Positions 14,561 through 26,800 of a stretch of DNA of 64,000 nucleotides are shown here, in pieces. The DNA comes from Eledone cirrhosa (Eukaryota), in assembly GCA_964016885.1 (NCBI GenBank), contig OZ024749.1:30814001-30878000 (forward strand), in the 5' to 3' direction. Numbering within the stretch: position 1 is the first letter of the stretch; each line of letters starts with the position of its first letter. The notes under the pieces were generated by a model. The model saw only the letters and a list, made by a program, of their open reading frames with translations, had not been told where the DNA came from and searched no databases. The position numbers and the translations under genes are program-made.

Positions 14561-14794
14561 TCCTGTGTCAGTGTTGAACAAAAGGGTGACGTGGTTGCCT
14601 TAACACCGTATGGCATAAATCAGGCTGTTCGCTTGTTTACAAACGGACAAAGCGGGCGTTATAATAAACGTTCGCTAAACTGATACGTACATATATATAT
14701 GTGTACCTGTATGTATATATATATATATATATATATGCATGCTACTGTACGTCTGTATACCTATATGTATGTACGTATACATACATACTTACAT

Positions 14795-14982
14795 ATATAT
14801 ATATATACATACATATATATTAATAACAATATACATACATACGTATATAGATACATAAATAAATACATACACACACACATACATACATACATACATAAAT
14901 AAATACATACACACACACACATACATATATACATACATGATGGCTGCCCCCTCGTTATCGAGTATGGCCATTGCACGACAAA

Positions 14983-15013
<31 letters not shown>

Positions 15014-15560
15014 CATACATATATATTAATAAATATATACATACATACGTACATAGATACATAAATAAATACATACACACACACACACACATACTTACAT
15101 ACATAAATAAATACATACACACACACATACACATATAGATACATGATGGCTGACCCCTCGTTATCGAGTATGGCCATTGCACGAGAAAAAAAAATTATAT
15201 ATATATATATGCATACATATATATTAATAACAATATACATACATACGTACATAGATACATAAATAAATACATACACACACACATACATATATACATACAT
15301 GATGGCTGCCCCCTCGTTATCGAGTATGGCCATTGCACGAGAAAAAAAAATGATATATATATATATATATACCTACATATATATTGATTACAATATACAT
15401 ACATACGTACATAGATACATAAATAAATACATACACACACACATACATACATACATACATACATACATAAATACATACACGCACACATACACACATACAT
15501 ACATGATGGCTGCCCCCTCGTTATCGAGTATGGCCATTGCACGAGAAAAAAAAATATATA
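14795..15560 (+). repeat. Four ~155-205 bp tandem units of microsatellite plus a GC-rich hairpin
   Basis: GATGGCTGCCCCCTCGTTATCGAGTATGGCCATTGCACGA+A-run at ~14939, 15145, 15301 and 15506. Confidence 0.85.
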
Positions 15561-16307
15561 TATATACATACTATATATAAACAACTATCTGGTTGTGGAA
15601 CCAATCAACCAACCAGAAATTTATAAATTTATAAATTTATTATAATAAATTGAAGTGAAAGCAACTGGTGCGTGTGTTTCTTATTGGCAACATGACCCTA
15701 CCAAAGTATAACAATATCGGTTTCAACACACGATTTCAGATAAAGAATCTTGCTAAACAAATTCAGAAACGAAATATATATGCATACATATATATTAATA
15801 ACAATATACATACATACGTACATAGATACATAAATAAATGCATACACACACACATACATACATACATACATAAATAAATACATACACACACATACATACG
15901 TACATTCATACACACACACATACATACATACATAAATAAATACATACACACACATACATGCATACATCCATACACACATACATACTCACGCACATACATA
16001 CATACCCACATACATACATAGGTATATCTCTACAACAATCAAGTTATCATGTTACAAAGCGATGGTGACAAATTTCATAAATATTAGAAACATCTAGATT
16101 GGTACGGTCGCCTCTAGTTCTAAAATTATGTTAGACAAAGCAAGAGGTATATGTTTAATCACTCTAGAGATTCTAACTTAATGCCAGTTGATATAATTGT
16201 GGGTGTGATGTCCTTGCTGCCTTCCATAAGATCAAAGAATTGTAGGAAAATGGTAGATAGACCCCCCCAAACAAAATTGTTTAGGTGCTCAAATATTTAT
16301 ACATGAA

Positions 16308-16376
16308 CAAATGTATATTTTGACATGTGTGCGTGCGCATATACATACATACATACATATGTATATATATATATAT

Positions 16377-16408
<32 letters not shown>

Positions 16409-16854
16409 GTAGCTTCTCGCAACAATAATTTCTATACTTTTCATTTATATATATATATATATATACACATATACATACATATATATATATATATATGTAT
16501 ATATACATTTATATGCATTTATATATATATATATATATATATAAATTCATATATGTGTGTGTGTGTGTTTGTGTATTATATACAATTATCTCTGCATTTC
16601 CAAGTATTTCTTTCAGTTTCTTTCTCTCTCTTTCTCTTTCTCTCTCTCTCTCTTTGACTCCCTCTCTCTCTCTCTATATATATATATAGAGAGAGAGAGA
16701 GCTATATGTATATATATATATATACACATATTATAAACATATTACATATATATACATATATGTATACATATATATATATATATATATATATAGAAAAGAT
16801 GAATATAAAATGAAAGTGCTTTTTTTAAATAATTATTATTATTGATAACCTGAA

Positions 16855-16898
<44 letters not shown>

Positions 16899-16994
16899 GC
16901 ATATAAATGTATATATATATACATACAAATATGTATATGTGTATATATATATATATAAATGAAAAGTATAGAAATTATTGTTGCGAGAAGCTAC

Positions 16995-17033
<39 letters not shown>

Positions 17034-17078
17034 CATATGTATGTATATGCGCACGCACACATGTCAAAATATACATTT
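16308..17078. repeat. Inverted duplication (~230-bp arms)
   Basis: TTTGACATGTGTGCGTGCGC..AGCTTCTCGCAACAATAATTTCTATACTTTTC at 16320-16445 reappears as its reverse complement at 16957-17070. Confidence 0.8.
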
Positions 17079-17159
17079 GTATATACACATACATACATAC
17101 ATATGCGTGTGTATATGTATGTATGTGTTTATAACAAGTATCTATAGTAAAAAGGATAC

Positions 17160-18333
17160 TTTTAAATGCAAGAAGTAATACAAACTTTCGCCAGTTGTTC
17201 GCCTCATGGGACTGACTGCCAAATATAGAGACGGTTTTGGTCTTTTGATATTGATGATTGTACAATACTGAACTACTTTTTCTGGAATTGCTGTACCGTT
17301 GTGCATCTTTTATAATGGAGTATGATCTGTTGATGCGTTCATGTTTCAAAACGAATTTGATCAGCCAATAATGTGATTCCCTGAGACATGTAGATAATCC
17401 AATTGTTGCAGCTTTCAAAGCAATATTTAACTGGATTAATCTACGTCCTCCTTCTTTCCTAGCGAGATATATTCTACCTGTATCTGCCTTAGGGTGATGC
17501 ATTCTGTGTATGGTTAAGACATTTCTAACTTTTGCATCGAGCCTACGGATCTCTGTGCTTGACCTTTGATGACATTGAAACTGTAGGTTACTACTGGCAT
17601 GGCAAGCGTGTTTATGGCATCGATTCTATTCCTTGTATTGAATTCCGTTCTTAAGATTGCTCTTACTCTGCGGTAACATTCCTTCCTTATCATTTCCCTC
17701 ATTGTCGACTGCTTGATTCCGTCTCCTTCTCAAACACCTAGATATGTGTAAGTTTCCTCTTGATCAAGTTCTCTAATCACATTCCCCCAATCAAGATTAA
17801 TGTCTGAACCTTTCAGCAGCTTTCCTTTGGTGAACGTTGCTTTGGCGCATTTATCTAGTCCAAACTTCATTTTAATGTCATCACTCAACTGCTCCACAGT
17901 GGATAATAGGCCTTGCAATTGCTCATCATTTTTTGCAAATAGTTTCAGGTCATCCATGTAGAACAAGTGATTAATGGTTTTGTCATAGACTTTATATCCA
18001 TGTTTTCTTTCATTGAACATTTTACTTAATGGTATAAGTGCGATGCAGAATAAAAGCGGTGATAAAGAGGTACCCTGAAAAATTCCACAATTCATATTAA
18101 CTTCTCCAGCTTCCAGTGATTTTTTTTTCACTATTCAAAAGTTGTGTCGTTTTCCATGTCTTCACACTGAATGACAGGAACCTCCTGACAACGGGGGATA
18201 TTTTGAAAATCTCTAAACACTTTTCAATCCTACTGTGTGACAAACTATCGAATGCTTTTTTGTAATCTATCCAAGCAATTGATAGATTGTTGTGTCTATT
18301 ATGACAATCTTCCAGTATCATTCTGTTAACCAA
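17160..18333 (-). pseudogene. R4/Dong-like non-LTR retrotransposon RT fragment (frameshifted)
   Basis: AWIDYKKAFDS, GIFQGTSLSPLLFCIAL, HLFYMDDLKL, FGLDKCA, YLGV and RKEGGR motifs across four frames; (TAA)n tract at the 5' junction. Confidence 0.85.
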
Positions 18334-19180
18334 ATTATTATTATTATTATTACTATTATTATTTTGGTTCTAGTCATTTGTCCTTATCTCTGAACGTTTT
18401 AAACTTTAAATTTTAAAGCAACATATATGTAGGATATACCTGTGAATCCAGGTGTTAATATGTCCTGTGTAAATATTATAAAGTATTTTTGTATTCAGAG
18501 ATTGTCATTCTGGCTTCTACAGGCTTAAAAAAAACACAAAAGCCATCGATCGAGTCTCAATGTAGTTGCTTGACTTGACAGAAATAGTAGCCAAATCTCC
18601 CACAAAGTATACCGTACCTTGTGATTATTGGATGCTGGACAGATTGAATATTATTGTTCTATATACGTAATCAATGTATATATACACCTTAATTAACACC
18701 TAACATACACCTGGTTAGTAAGAGGCAACACAACTGTTGGCGCCAGAAAGGCTTTCGGCGGTAGAACACTGCTTTTAAAATGGTACCATTTTGACTACGA
18801 AATCTCACCTACGGCTTGCATTAAGATGATTCCACTGTGACCTCTCGCCTAAGGTTTTGCATTACATTAATTGTGGTACACACAATGACCAAAGGAAACG
18901 TGCTAGTGTCCTGACTGTAAATCTCCAGCTCTGTCATGGCTGACCTAAGAGTTTGTCTTAGTTTTCAAATATTTTTACTTGTCTTTCTTTTTTATGGGTT
19001 GAATTATTCAGACTGGTACCAACCAAAGAAATCTCTCATCATTGGTCGCCTCTCTCTTTGAATTCATTTCTTTATTTCTGATGTAATTTTATCCGCTATT
19101 GTTAGGTCAGTAATAGTAGTATCTCTCTGACTGTTCGTTTTCCTATCTGTCTGTCTCTTTTTCTCTGCATATTATGTATG

Positions 19181-19264
<84 letters not shown>

Positions 19265-19296
19265 CAGACAGACAGACAGACACAAACACAGATATA

Positions 19297-19357
<61 letters not shown>

Positions 19358-20049
19358 ATATATGCATTGCTTAGCATTGTAGCAAACCTTTTGAAGAAAG
19401 AACACGTTCAGAAGAACACGCAAGCATCATCTTGCTTTCGGCAACAACTATGAAAGATTTCAGGATTCCAGCAACTAATGAACTGGTAGGTTGGTTAGCT
19501 ACAGCAGAAAAAAAACCAAAAAAAAAACCAAAACAAAAACAAAAAACGAAACGAAACAAAAGATAGAAAAAAGACGAAACGAAATACGAAATATAAAATA
19601 AAAGTCTAAATATAAAATATAAAATAAATACAAAAGAATTAACAATAAAATGAGCAAGGGTATGATCGATATAAGAAGAACAAAAGATGATAAAATATGA
19701 TCATTCTTAATGCAGAAATCTTTTATTTAATTTGTAGTTGCCCTAAACTGTAATACATTTAATGTCAAACACAGTTGGGTGAATAGATTTCACTTGAATA
19801 ATGGAATGAAAACAACATGACGCATTATGTATTTACAATACTTGGTTTATAGTTAACGTGATTTCCTCCATTTATCTAAGTTCAAATCTCAACGAGAAAC
19901 AGTGAAACACTTGCCTAAGATACTGGAACAAAGATTATAAAGGAGGTGGTTCGATTCTTGTACTTGGTGGGATATTGTGTTCTTAAGCTTATCACTTAAT
20001 ATATTTTCGTATATATTATCGTCCCTAATAGTTGGACATTATATTTGTT

Positions 20050-20220
20050 GTAGAGGGTCGGACGCCATGCTTTGACGCATAGAGTTACGGCCCTTGCCAT
20101 TCTGAGTTCAAAGCCCGCCAAGGTTAACTTTGCCTTTCATCCTCATGGGGTCGATGAAATATAGTACCAGTAATGCACAGGGTAATAGCTGGCCTTGTGC
20201 CAAAAGTAGAAACAATTATA
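20050..20220 (+). mobile_element. SINE family 1 copy
   Basis: GTAGAGGGTCGGACGCCATGC..GAGTTCAAAGCCCGCC plus family body. Confidence 0.8.
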
Positions 20221-20336
20221 TTTGTTGAACAGCTAAGCTAAATGACGAGATACACACGTACGCGAACATACAGACACACACACTAAATATCTCTCTCTCT
20301 CTCTCCTTCTCTCTCTCTCTCTATATATATATATAT

Positions 20337-20560
20337 AAGTTTTAATATAGAATAGCTTCTACAGGACTAGAACTGTTTCATTCGTGAGAAATCATCAGAG
20401 AGCTGATGATTTCTCACGAATGAAACAGTTCTAGTCCTGTAGAAGCTCTTCTATATTAAAACTTTTATACTCTGCTGTGTACACATAGTACCTTACATAC
20501 TGTGTGCACATAGTACCTTACATACTGTGATTACCTCCGATTCAACCCGGAAAAACTTAT
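20337..20560 (+). mobile_element. Fold-back pLTR fragment of family A (palindromic hammerhead half)
   Basis: ~60-bp arms around AGAG at ~20399; CTGATGA TTTCTCACGAAT GAAA CAG..CTG TA; downstream matches 47645-47715. Confidence 0.75.
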
Positions 20561-20603
20561 ATATATATAAAACAGGAGCCTATCCAACTGCATAATAGGC
20601 AGC

Positions 20604-22277
20604 ATGGATGTGGTGTCACTGTACCCATCCATTAACATTGATTTTGCTGTGAAAAGATGTGTGGAGATGATCATTGAGAGTGAGGTGGAGTTCTGCGACG
20701 TCGACACAGACGAACTGGGCCTCCTACTTAGACTTACCTACGACACTGACTACCTAGACAGCCATGACCTTAGATGTTTCTGCCCTAGTAGACCTATAAG
20801 AGGTAGACCCCCCACCATAACCTCAATGGCTAAAAAGACTCCCATAGGAAGGTGGATTGGGTGGACCAAAGCTATACGGACCCCCCAAAACACTGATCAG
20901 GTAAGAAAAATGGTCGCACATGCAATAGGGGCTAGTATCAAAACTACCCTAAAGGGCCACATATTTAAGTTCAATGAGAAAATCTACACCCAAAATGAGG
21001 GAGCAGCCATCGGCGTCAGCATAGCTGGCGATGTTGCCAACCTTTTCATGGTATGGTGGGAAAGGAGACTTAAAGATCTCCTTAATGAAAGCTCCATAGA
21101 CCTCATCATGTACTCTCGTTATGTAGACGATATCAATATAGTTATAAGAACACCCCCACTAGACAGCACTAACAAGTTTGATTTAGAACGTAGCACGATG
21201 GAAAGCATCCAGCAGATAGCTAATTCCATACACCAGAGTATAACTGTAACTATAGACTTCCCTTCCAAACACCCTAACAATAGACTACCTGTATTAGACA
21301 CAGAACTCTGGATTAACACTATAGACGAGAGAGCCCAAATTCTCCACTCACACTATGCTAAACCCATGGCCTCCAAATACCTGATACTCAAAAACTCAGC
21401 AATGTCCAGTAGTGCTAAGTTTAATATTCTGATCGCAGATTTGGTACGAGTGATGAAGAATGTGTCCAGCATGTGCGACCCAACAGAAATGGAAGGACAC
21501 ATCCAACACTTCATCAACCGCATGCAGTTCTCTGGCTACAACCAAAGAGACAGAGTCAGAGTATACGAAGGAGCCATGGAAAAGTATAAGACCCTCATAG
21601 AACTGGACATGAAAGGAATTTGCCCACTATACAGGAGCAAATCATGGAATAGCTTAGATAGGGCTAGACATAAGATAGGGAAGGCCACATCATGGTACGA
21701 CAACCAGAGATATCAGAGTGTCATGTTTGTGGACGCCACCCCTGGAGGGAAATTAGCTAACCAGTGTAGAAAGGCCCTGAGAAAGACCCACTTAAAAATA
21801 AAGGTGGTAGAAAAGCCAGGAACCACCATAAAATCCCTGATCAGCAAAACCTACCCTTTTAAGAAAACCCACTGTACCAATAGGAAATGTATCATATGTA
21901 AGGTGAACCCCCGGATAAACTGTAAAACTAGAAACGTAGTCTATAGCATAAGATGTACAGAGGGTACTTGCAGAAACACGACAACAACATACATAGGTGA
22001 GACAGCTCGTAGCATAGGTGAAAGGATAGACCAACACTGGGGGGAACTAAAAGGACGAAAAAACGGGTCAGTACTATACGAACATGCTAGACAACATCAT
22101 GACGGTAACATAGACAACATAGAAATTAGAATAATATCTAAACATAGGAATGACCCAGCAGATAGGCAAATCAGAGAGGCCAGTGAAATAGAAATTAGAA
22201 GACCAAAGCTAAACAGAAAGAATGAGTGGAACAACAACAACACCCAAACAAACAACACTGACCTAAGAGAAGTATAA
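20604..22277 (+). CDS. Penelope-like retroelement RT + GIY-YIG endonuclease (5'-truncated, open frame)
   Basis: MDVVSLYPSI, GAAIGVSIAGDVANLFM, YSRYVDDI, LPVLDTEL; Cys linker CTNRKCIIC; VVYSIRC..YIGETARSIGERIDQH..E..LN. Confidence 0.92.
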   Translation: MDVVSLYPSINIDFAVKRCVEMIIESEVEFCDVDTDELGLLLRLTYDTDYLDSHDLRCFCPSRPIRGRPPTITSMAKKTPIGRWIGWTKAIRTPQNTDQVRKMVAHAIGASIKTTLKGHIFKFNEKIYTQNEGAAIGVSIAGDVANLFMVWWERRLKDLLNESSIDLIMYSRYVDDINIVIRTPPLDSTNKFDLERSTMESIQQIANSIHQSITVTIDFPSKHPNNRLPVLDTELWINTIDERAQILHSHYAKPMASKYLILKNSAMSSSAKFNILIADLVRVMKNVSSMCDPTEMEGHIQHFINRMQFSGYNQRDRVRVYEGAMEKYKTLIELDMKGICPLYRSKSWNSLDRARHKIGKATSWYDNQRYQSVMFVDATPGGKLANQCRKALRKTHLKIKVVEKPGTTIKSLISKTYPFKKTHCTNRKCIICKVNPRINCKTRNVVYSIRCTEGTCRNTTTTYIGETARSIGERIDQHWGELKGRKNGSVLYEHARQHHDGNIDNIEIRIISKHRNDPADRQIREASEIEIRRPKLNRKNEWNNNNTQTNNTDLREV

Positions 22278-22554
22278 ATAAATAAGTAAATTAAATTAAA
22301 TTAAATAAAATAAGATAAATAAATACATACACAAGCACATAAACACACACTAGTCACCCAGCAGACAACACTATACACACTAGTCACACATCACACATCA
22401 CACATAACACTATACACACACGCAAACGCATGCGCAAAGAAGACAAAATAAAATAAGATAAACAAACAAGCAAATAAATAAATAAATATATAGACAGACT
22501 GAACAAAAAAAATGGCGTAGACATACAACACAACAGGAGGAACAATGAATATAA

Positions 22555-22615
22555 CACCACTGACGATGTTGCAGATGTGCAACGAAAGATTTATGTAAAC
22601 TATATATATATGTGT
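22555..22615 (+). ncRNA. Hammerhead-like core in the 3' UTR of the 20.6-kb PLE
   Basis: CTGACGA-T-GTTGCA-GATG-TGCAAC-GAAA-GATTTATGTAAAC-TA; stem I is poorly supported. Confidence 0.5.
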
Positions 22616-22800
22616 TTGTCTATATTGTATCTGTATTATTTTTGACCGCCGGTCAGTCAATGGCAACATTGAGGACCGAGTAAGCTAGATCGCAGATATA
22701 TATATATAAAAGACAGCGAGAAGCGAAAACCAACCAAACAGTGAGTGTGTTCTGTTATTAATTCTGGCAATATTACGCAAATATGACCCTCCCCAAATAT

Positions 22801-22854
<54 letters not shown>

Positions 22855-22868
22855 GTATGTATATATAA

Positions 22869-22957
<89 letters not shown>

Positions 22958-23305
22958 TAGATATATGTAGAGGTTATATTTAATTTGTTGGGATTCAACA
23001 AGCTTAAACATTTTTATAACTGATATAAATCACTCAACAGTGTGTGGAGGAAATATTCAATATATTAATAAATGAAAACTTCAACCATCAAGGTTGTCTT
23101 TTTTCCGGGTATGTCAATATTTATTTATAAAACAAATCTGTATTTTATCTGATGAAAGCGCACTATATTTGCCTTGGTTGCCCTTGCATAAATTAATTAT
23201 GGTTTTATAAATATAGTTTCCATTTATAAATATATTGTATATATATATATATATATATATCAAAATGAAAATCCGAAGCCAAGGTAAAATTTCCAATCAT
23301 TTTAA

Positions 23306-23379
23306 TCACGACACATGTTTCAATACGAGATAGATCGATCGTGAAGTCATGATCAATTATCACTGATATCATCAGGTGA
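23306..23379 (-). ncRNA. Type I hammerhead ribozyme with extended stem II
   Basis: rc TCAC-CTGATGA-..ATTGATCATGA/TCACGATCGAT..-GAAA-CATGTG-TC-GTGA (GUC cleavage triplet). Confidence 0.7.
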
Positions 23380-23598
23380 AAATGAAATGTCTTCAAATTC
23401 TTGATATGAGGGAGAAAATTAGCAATGTTCACTCACGGAGTTTACTCCCTCATATGAAGATCAAGCAGTCAAAATGCGGCGATTGCTATCAACTTCGGTA
23501 TCCCAATAGCTGCAAAAGATGCTGGGCATCAATCAAATCTATAGAAATTTGATTGATGTCCAGCGTCTTTTGCAGCTATTGGGATATAGAAATTTGAT

Positions 23599-23634
<36 letters not shown>

Positions 23635-23732
23635 TCCTCGGTGCGAGTTGACGAAAAGTCGCTCGACTCTCGATATATATATAAAATAAAGTTAAATAAA
23701 AGTCAAATGATTAAAATTTAGCTTCGTTTATT

Positions 23733-23787
23733 ACTGCTATATATATTTCAGTGACAGCCATCTTTGGCTGTGACCTCTTCAGGCAGT
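23733..23787 (-). ncRNA. Type I hammerhead ribozyme, family D
   Basis: Inverted copy of 24003-24057. Confidence 0.8.
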
Positions 23788-24002
23788 TTGAATTAGTATG
23801 GTATAGACAAGTACATATGTTGTTTAGGTGTATGATATTGTCAATACTCTGATATGCCCAGTTCCTTGTTGGGTTGTTATTTCACATATCACTCCAGTTC
23901 CCCAGTGAATTAATAACCCAACAAGGAACTGGGCATATCAGAGTATTGACAATATCATACACCTAAACAACATATGTACTTGTCTATACCATACTAATTC
24001 AA

Positions 24003-24057
24003 ACTGCCTGAAGAGGTCACAGCCAAAGATGGCTGTCACTGAAATATATATAGCAGT
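24003..24057 (+). ncRNA. Type I hammerhead ribozyme, family D
   Basis: ACTGC-CTGAAGA-GGTCACAGCC-AAAGAT-GGCTGTCACT-GAAA-TATATA-TA-GCAGT. Confidence 0.85.
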
Positions 24058-25268
24058 AATAAACGAAGCTAAATTTTAATCATTTGACTTTTATTTAACT
24101 TTATTTTACACTACTCCGGAGTAACCAAACCAACCTGCGCACTTCGTCGAGTGCTCTAGCCTGCATACTGAGGTGTTGGTATACAACCAACATAAACTCA
24201 AAAATATATATATATATATATATTAAATATCATTCACCTTCAATTACCAGTCATGTATTGGGGAAAATTCAACCAATTATATCCCTGACACTCATGAAAA
24301 GGAAAGATTGTCTAAGAAATTAATCGTTGATAAAAAAAATATGTCTTTTTACTATTTAGTAGTTGAAGGCTCACTAATTATTTATGGTCAGCAGAAATCA
24401 TGTTAATAAAGATGCATATAGACTTTCTGTTTTATTTATTTTCTCCTATTGGCAACGGAATGATATTTCTAAGATATTGAATACAGACAATATTTTCATT
24501 TAGCATTTAATATTTAAATATTTCAATATTTTAATTCTTCTTTGAGCAATGTTTTTAGTTATATTTATTTTGCTAGTATGCTAATATTGGTGTAAAGAAT
24601 AACATCTGGCTGAGACAGCCAAATGTCACATTTTATTGGTGGAAATACAGGGATTTATTGGTGTAGGGGAAGAGAGCTTGCTGAGTGTGGACGCAGCATA
24701 GTTTCATAGTCAACAGGTTCTCGGTTCGATCTGATTACTTGGCATCTCGCGCAAATGTCAGTTCGGTGCAAATCTTGCTCTGAGTCTGAGTAAGCACATG
24801 TAGGATTTTTATAAACGTCAGCAGAGAGCAGTTGCCACGGGCAATGGAAAATCATAAATTATGGAGTGGTTTTGTCAGGAATGTTCGTCTGTTGTCGCAA
24901 TGATGATGATGATGATGATAATGATGATGATGATCTGAAAATCTAACATTAGGGAAAATATCAAATATACAAATCACTTAAAATATCGATTACTAAGTGT
25001 AAATCTCTTTTTGGCCACAGGTATTCTAGATAGAAAGTGAAAAATATAATTTAATCTTTAGAATTAGTTCAATTAATATCCACCCAAATTTATACTTAAT
25101 TAACAGGATATTTCCTCTCTTTCAAATGGAGATAACACTTCACCGCCGTATTATATTATATTACAAATTATAATACTAAACATTCATTCTTAACAACCGA
25201 TCTAAATTGCATGTTATGAAAATATTATTAAATTACATTTTCAAAAGTGTCTACACTTATAATTATAT

Positions 25269-25529
25269 ATTTTCTTTCCCCTCCCCATTGAAGTTGCTGG
25301 TCTCCTGCTTAACGTAGAGAGGCAGATATGTATATATAATATAAAAGAAAGATGTTTATTGGTTGGTTGGCTGGTTGAATCATACGAAAACTACACACAC
25401 ACAGTCACACTCATCCACACATACACGCACAAATACATACATACACATCTAAAGAGAGAGACATACAGAGGCAGAAAGAGAGAGATAAGCTGTTATACAG
25501 AGAGAGATACAATTAAAGTGTTAGATATT

Positions 25530-25562
<33 letters not shown>

Positions 25563-26099
25563 ACATCCCACGAAAGTCTAGAAACGGCTTAAACTATAGA
25601 TCCCCGCTTCCAGCGGGAGAACAGATGAGAGAAAACAGATAAAAGAGAAAACGACTGGTTGTGTTGCCTGGTATGAGGTGAGACAGTAATGTGTGTGTGT
25701 GTGAGTGAGTGTGAGAGAGCCATAGAAAAAACAATCATAAAACTTCCTTACTAGGCTGGAGGAGTAAATTGTCGATTAAATAGTAGCATTGGTCTTGGAT
25801 TTTAAATGTTGTGAAATAACCATAGTCAGTATGAACTTTTTCAGCTCCAAAGACGTCATCTGAAACATAGCAATATACCGCATACCATTGCTTCTGAAGT
25901 ATTTAGCTTCGTTAGTAAGGACTGTAAGTAGTATATATGGATAAAAGCTGGAGTGTAAATTAATTTCAAATTATATACATTTTTCTTTCTCGTGTAAAGA
26001 CTGTAAAACGAATTTATAAAAGCTAACGCAATATTGTTAAACCTTCCTAAAGATCAAAGGATCTATAGTTTCAGCCGTTTCTAGACTTTCGTGGGATGT

Positions 26100-26132
<33 letters not shown>

Positions 26133-26395
26133 AATATCTAACACTTTAATTGTATCTCTCTCTGTATAACAGCTTATCTCTCTCTTTCTGCCTCTGTATG
26201 TCTCTCTCTTTAGATGTGTATGTATGTATTTGTGCGTGTATGTGTGGATGAGTGTGTGACTGTGTGTGTGTAGTTTTCGTGTGATTCAACCAGCCAACCA
26301 ACCAATAAACATCTTTCTTTTATATTATATATACATATCTGCCTCTCTACGTTAAGCAGAAAACCAGCAACTTCAATGGGGAGGGGAAAGAAAAT
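25269..26395. repeat. Large near-perfect inverted repeat (~335-bp arms, ~455-bp spacer)
   Basis: 25269-25603 is the reverse complement of 26059-26395 with few mismatches. Confidence 0.9.
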
Positions 26396-26800
26396 TGATT
26401 AAGTTTACCCGGATGTTTAAATGGTACTGAATTTCATTGCACCCGGAAGAATAAAAGGTAAAGCTGACCTCGGCTGGATTGGAAACTAAGCCACAAGCCC
26501 AGCATGTTTGATGGGGATGGGAAAGAAAGTTAATTACAATTCCCCAATATTTTACTGGTACTCAATGTTATCGACCCCGGAGGAATTAAAGCTGACTTCG
26601 GCTGTATCGTGAAATAAGCTCAGCATTTTTGATGGGGAAGGGAAAGAAAGTAGATTAAATTTATCGATTAAATGTTATCGACGCCGGAAAAATGAAAGGT
26701 AAAGATAACTTCCGCAGGATTTGAACTCTGAATTTAAAGAGCCGCAACTAGATGCCGCAAATAATTATATCCGAGGCTCATAAACCCTGCTATTTCACTG
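26360..26800 (-). mobile_element. Cluster of three diverged SINE family 1 copies
   Basis: Repeated GGTACT..ATCGACCCCGG..AAAG(C)TGAC(C)TCGGC..GGATTTGAACTC. Confidence 0.6.

Larger units (their letters stand above)
13837..14793 (+). repeat. 454-bp tandem repeat (~2.1 copies), each unit with a hammerhead; retrozyme-like
   Basis: TAAGAGTGAG at 13901 and 14355 gives a period of 454; units are near-identical. Confidence 0.85.
23679..24200. mobile_element. Fold-back pLTR element, family D (~200-bp arms, two hammerheads)
   Basis: 23679-23881 is the reverse complement of 23913-24109; flanked by (TA)n. Confidence 0.85.

Noticed and set aside
15680-15775. Family K GAAA-CCGA..TTGG-TA as a hammerhead (minus strand)
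   Set aside because: Only a possible 3' half is present; no CTGANGA, and other copies have GA at the cleavage position
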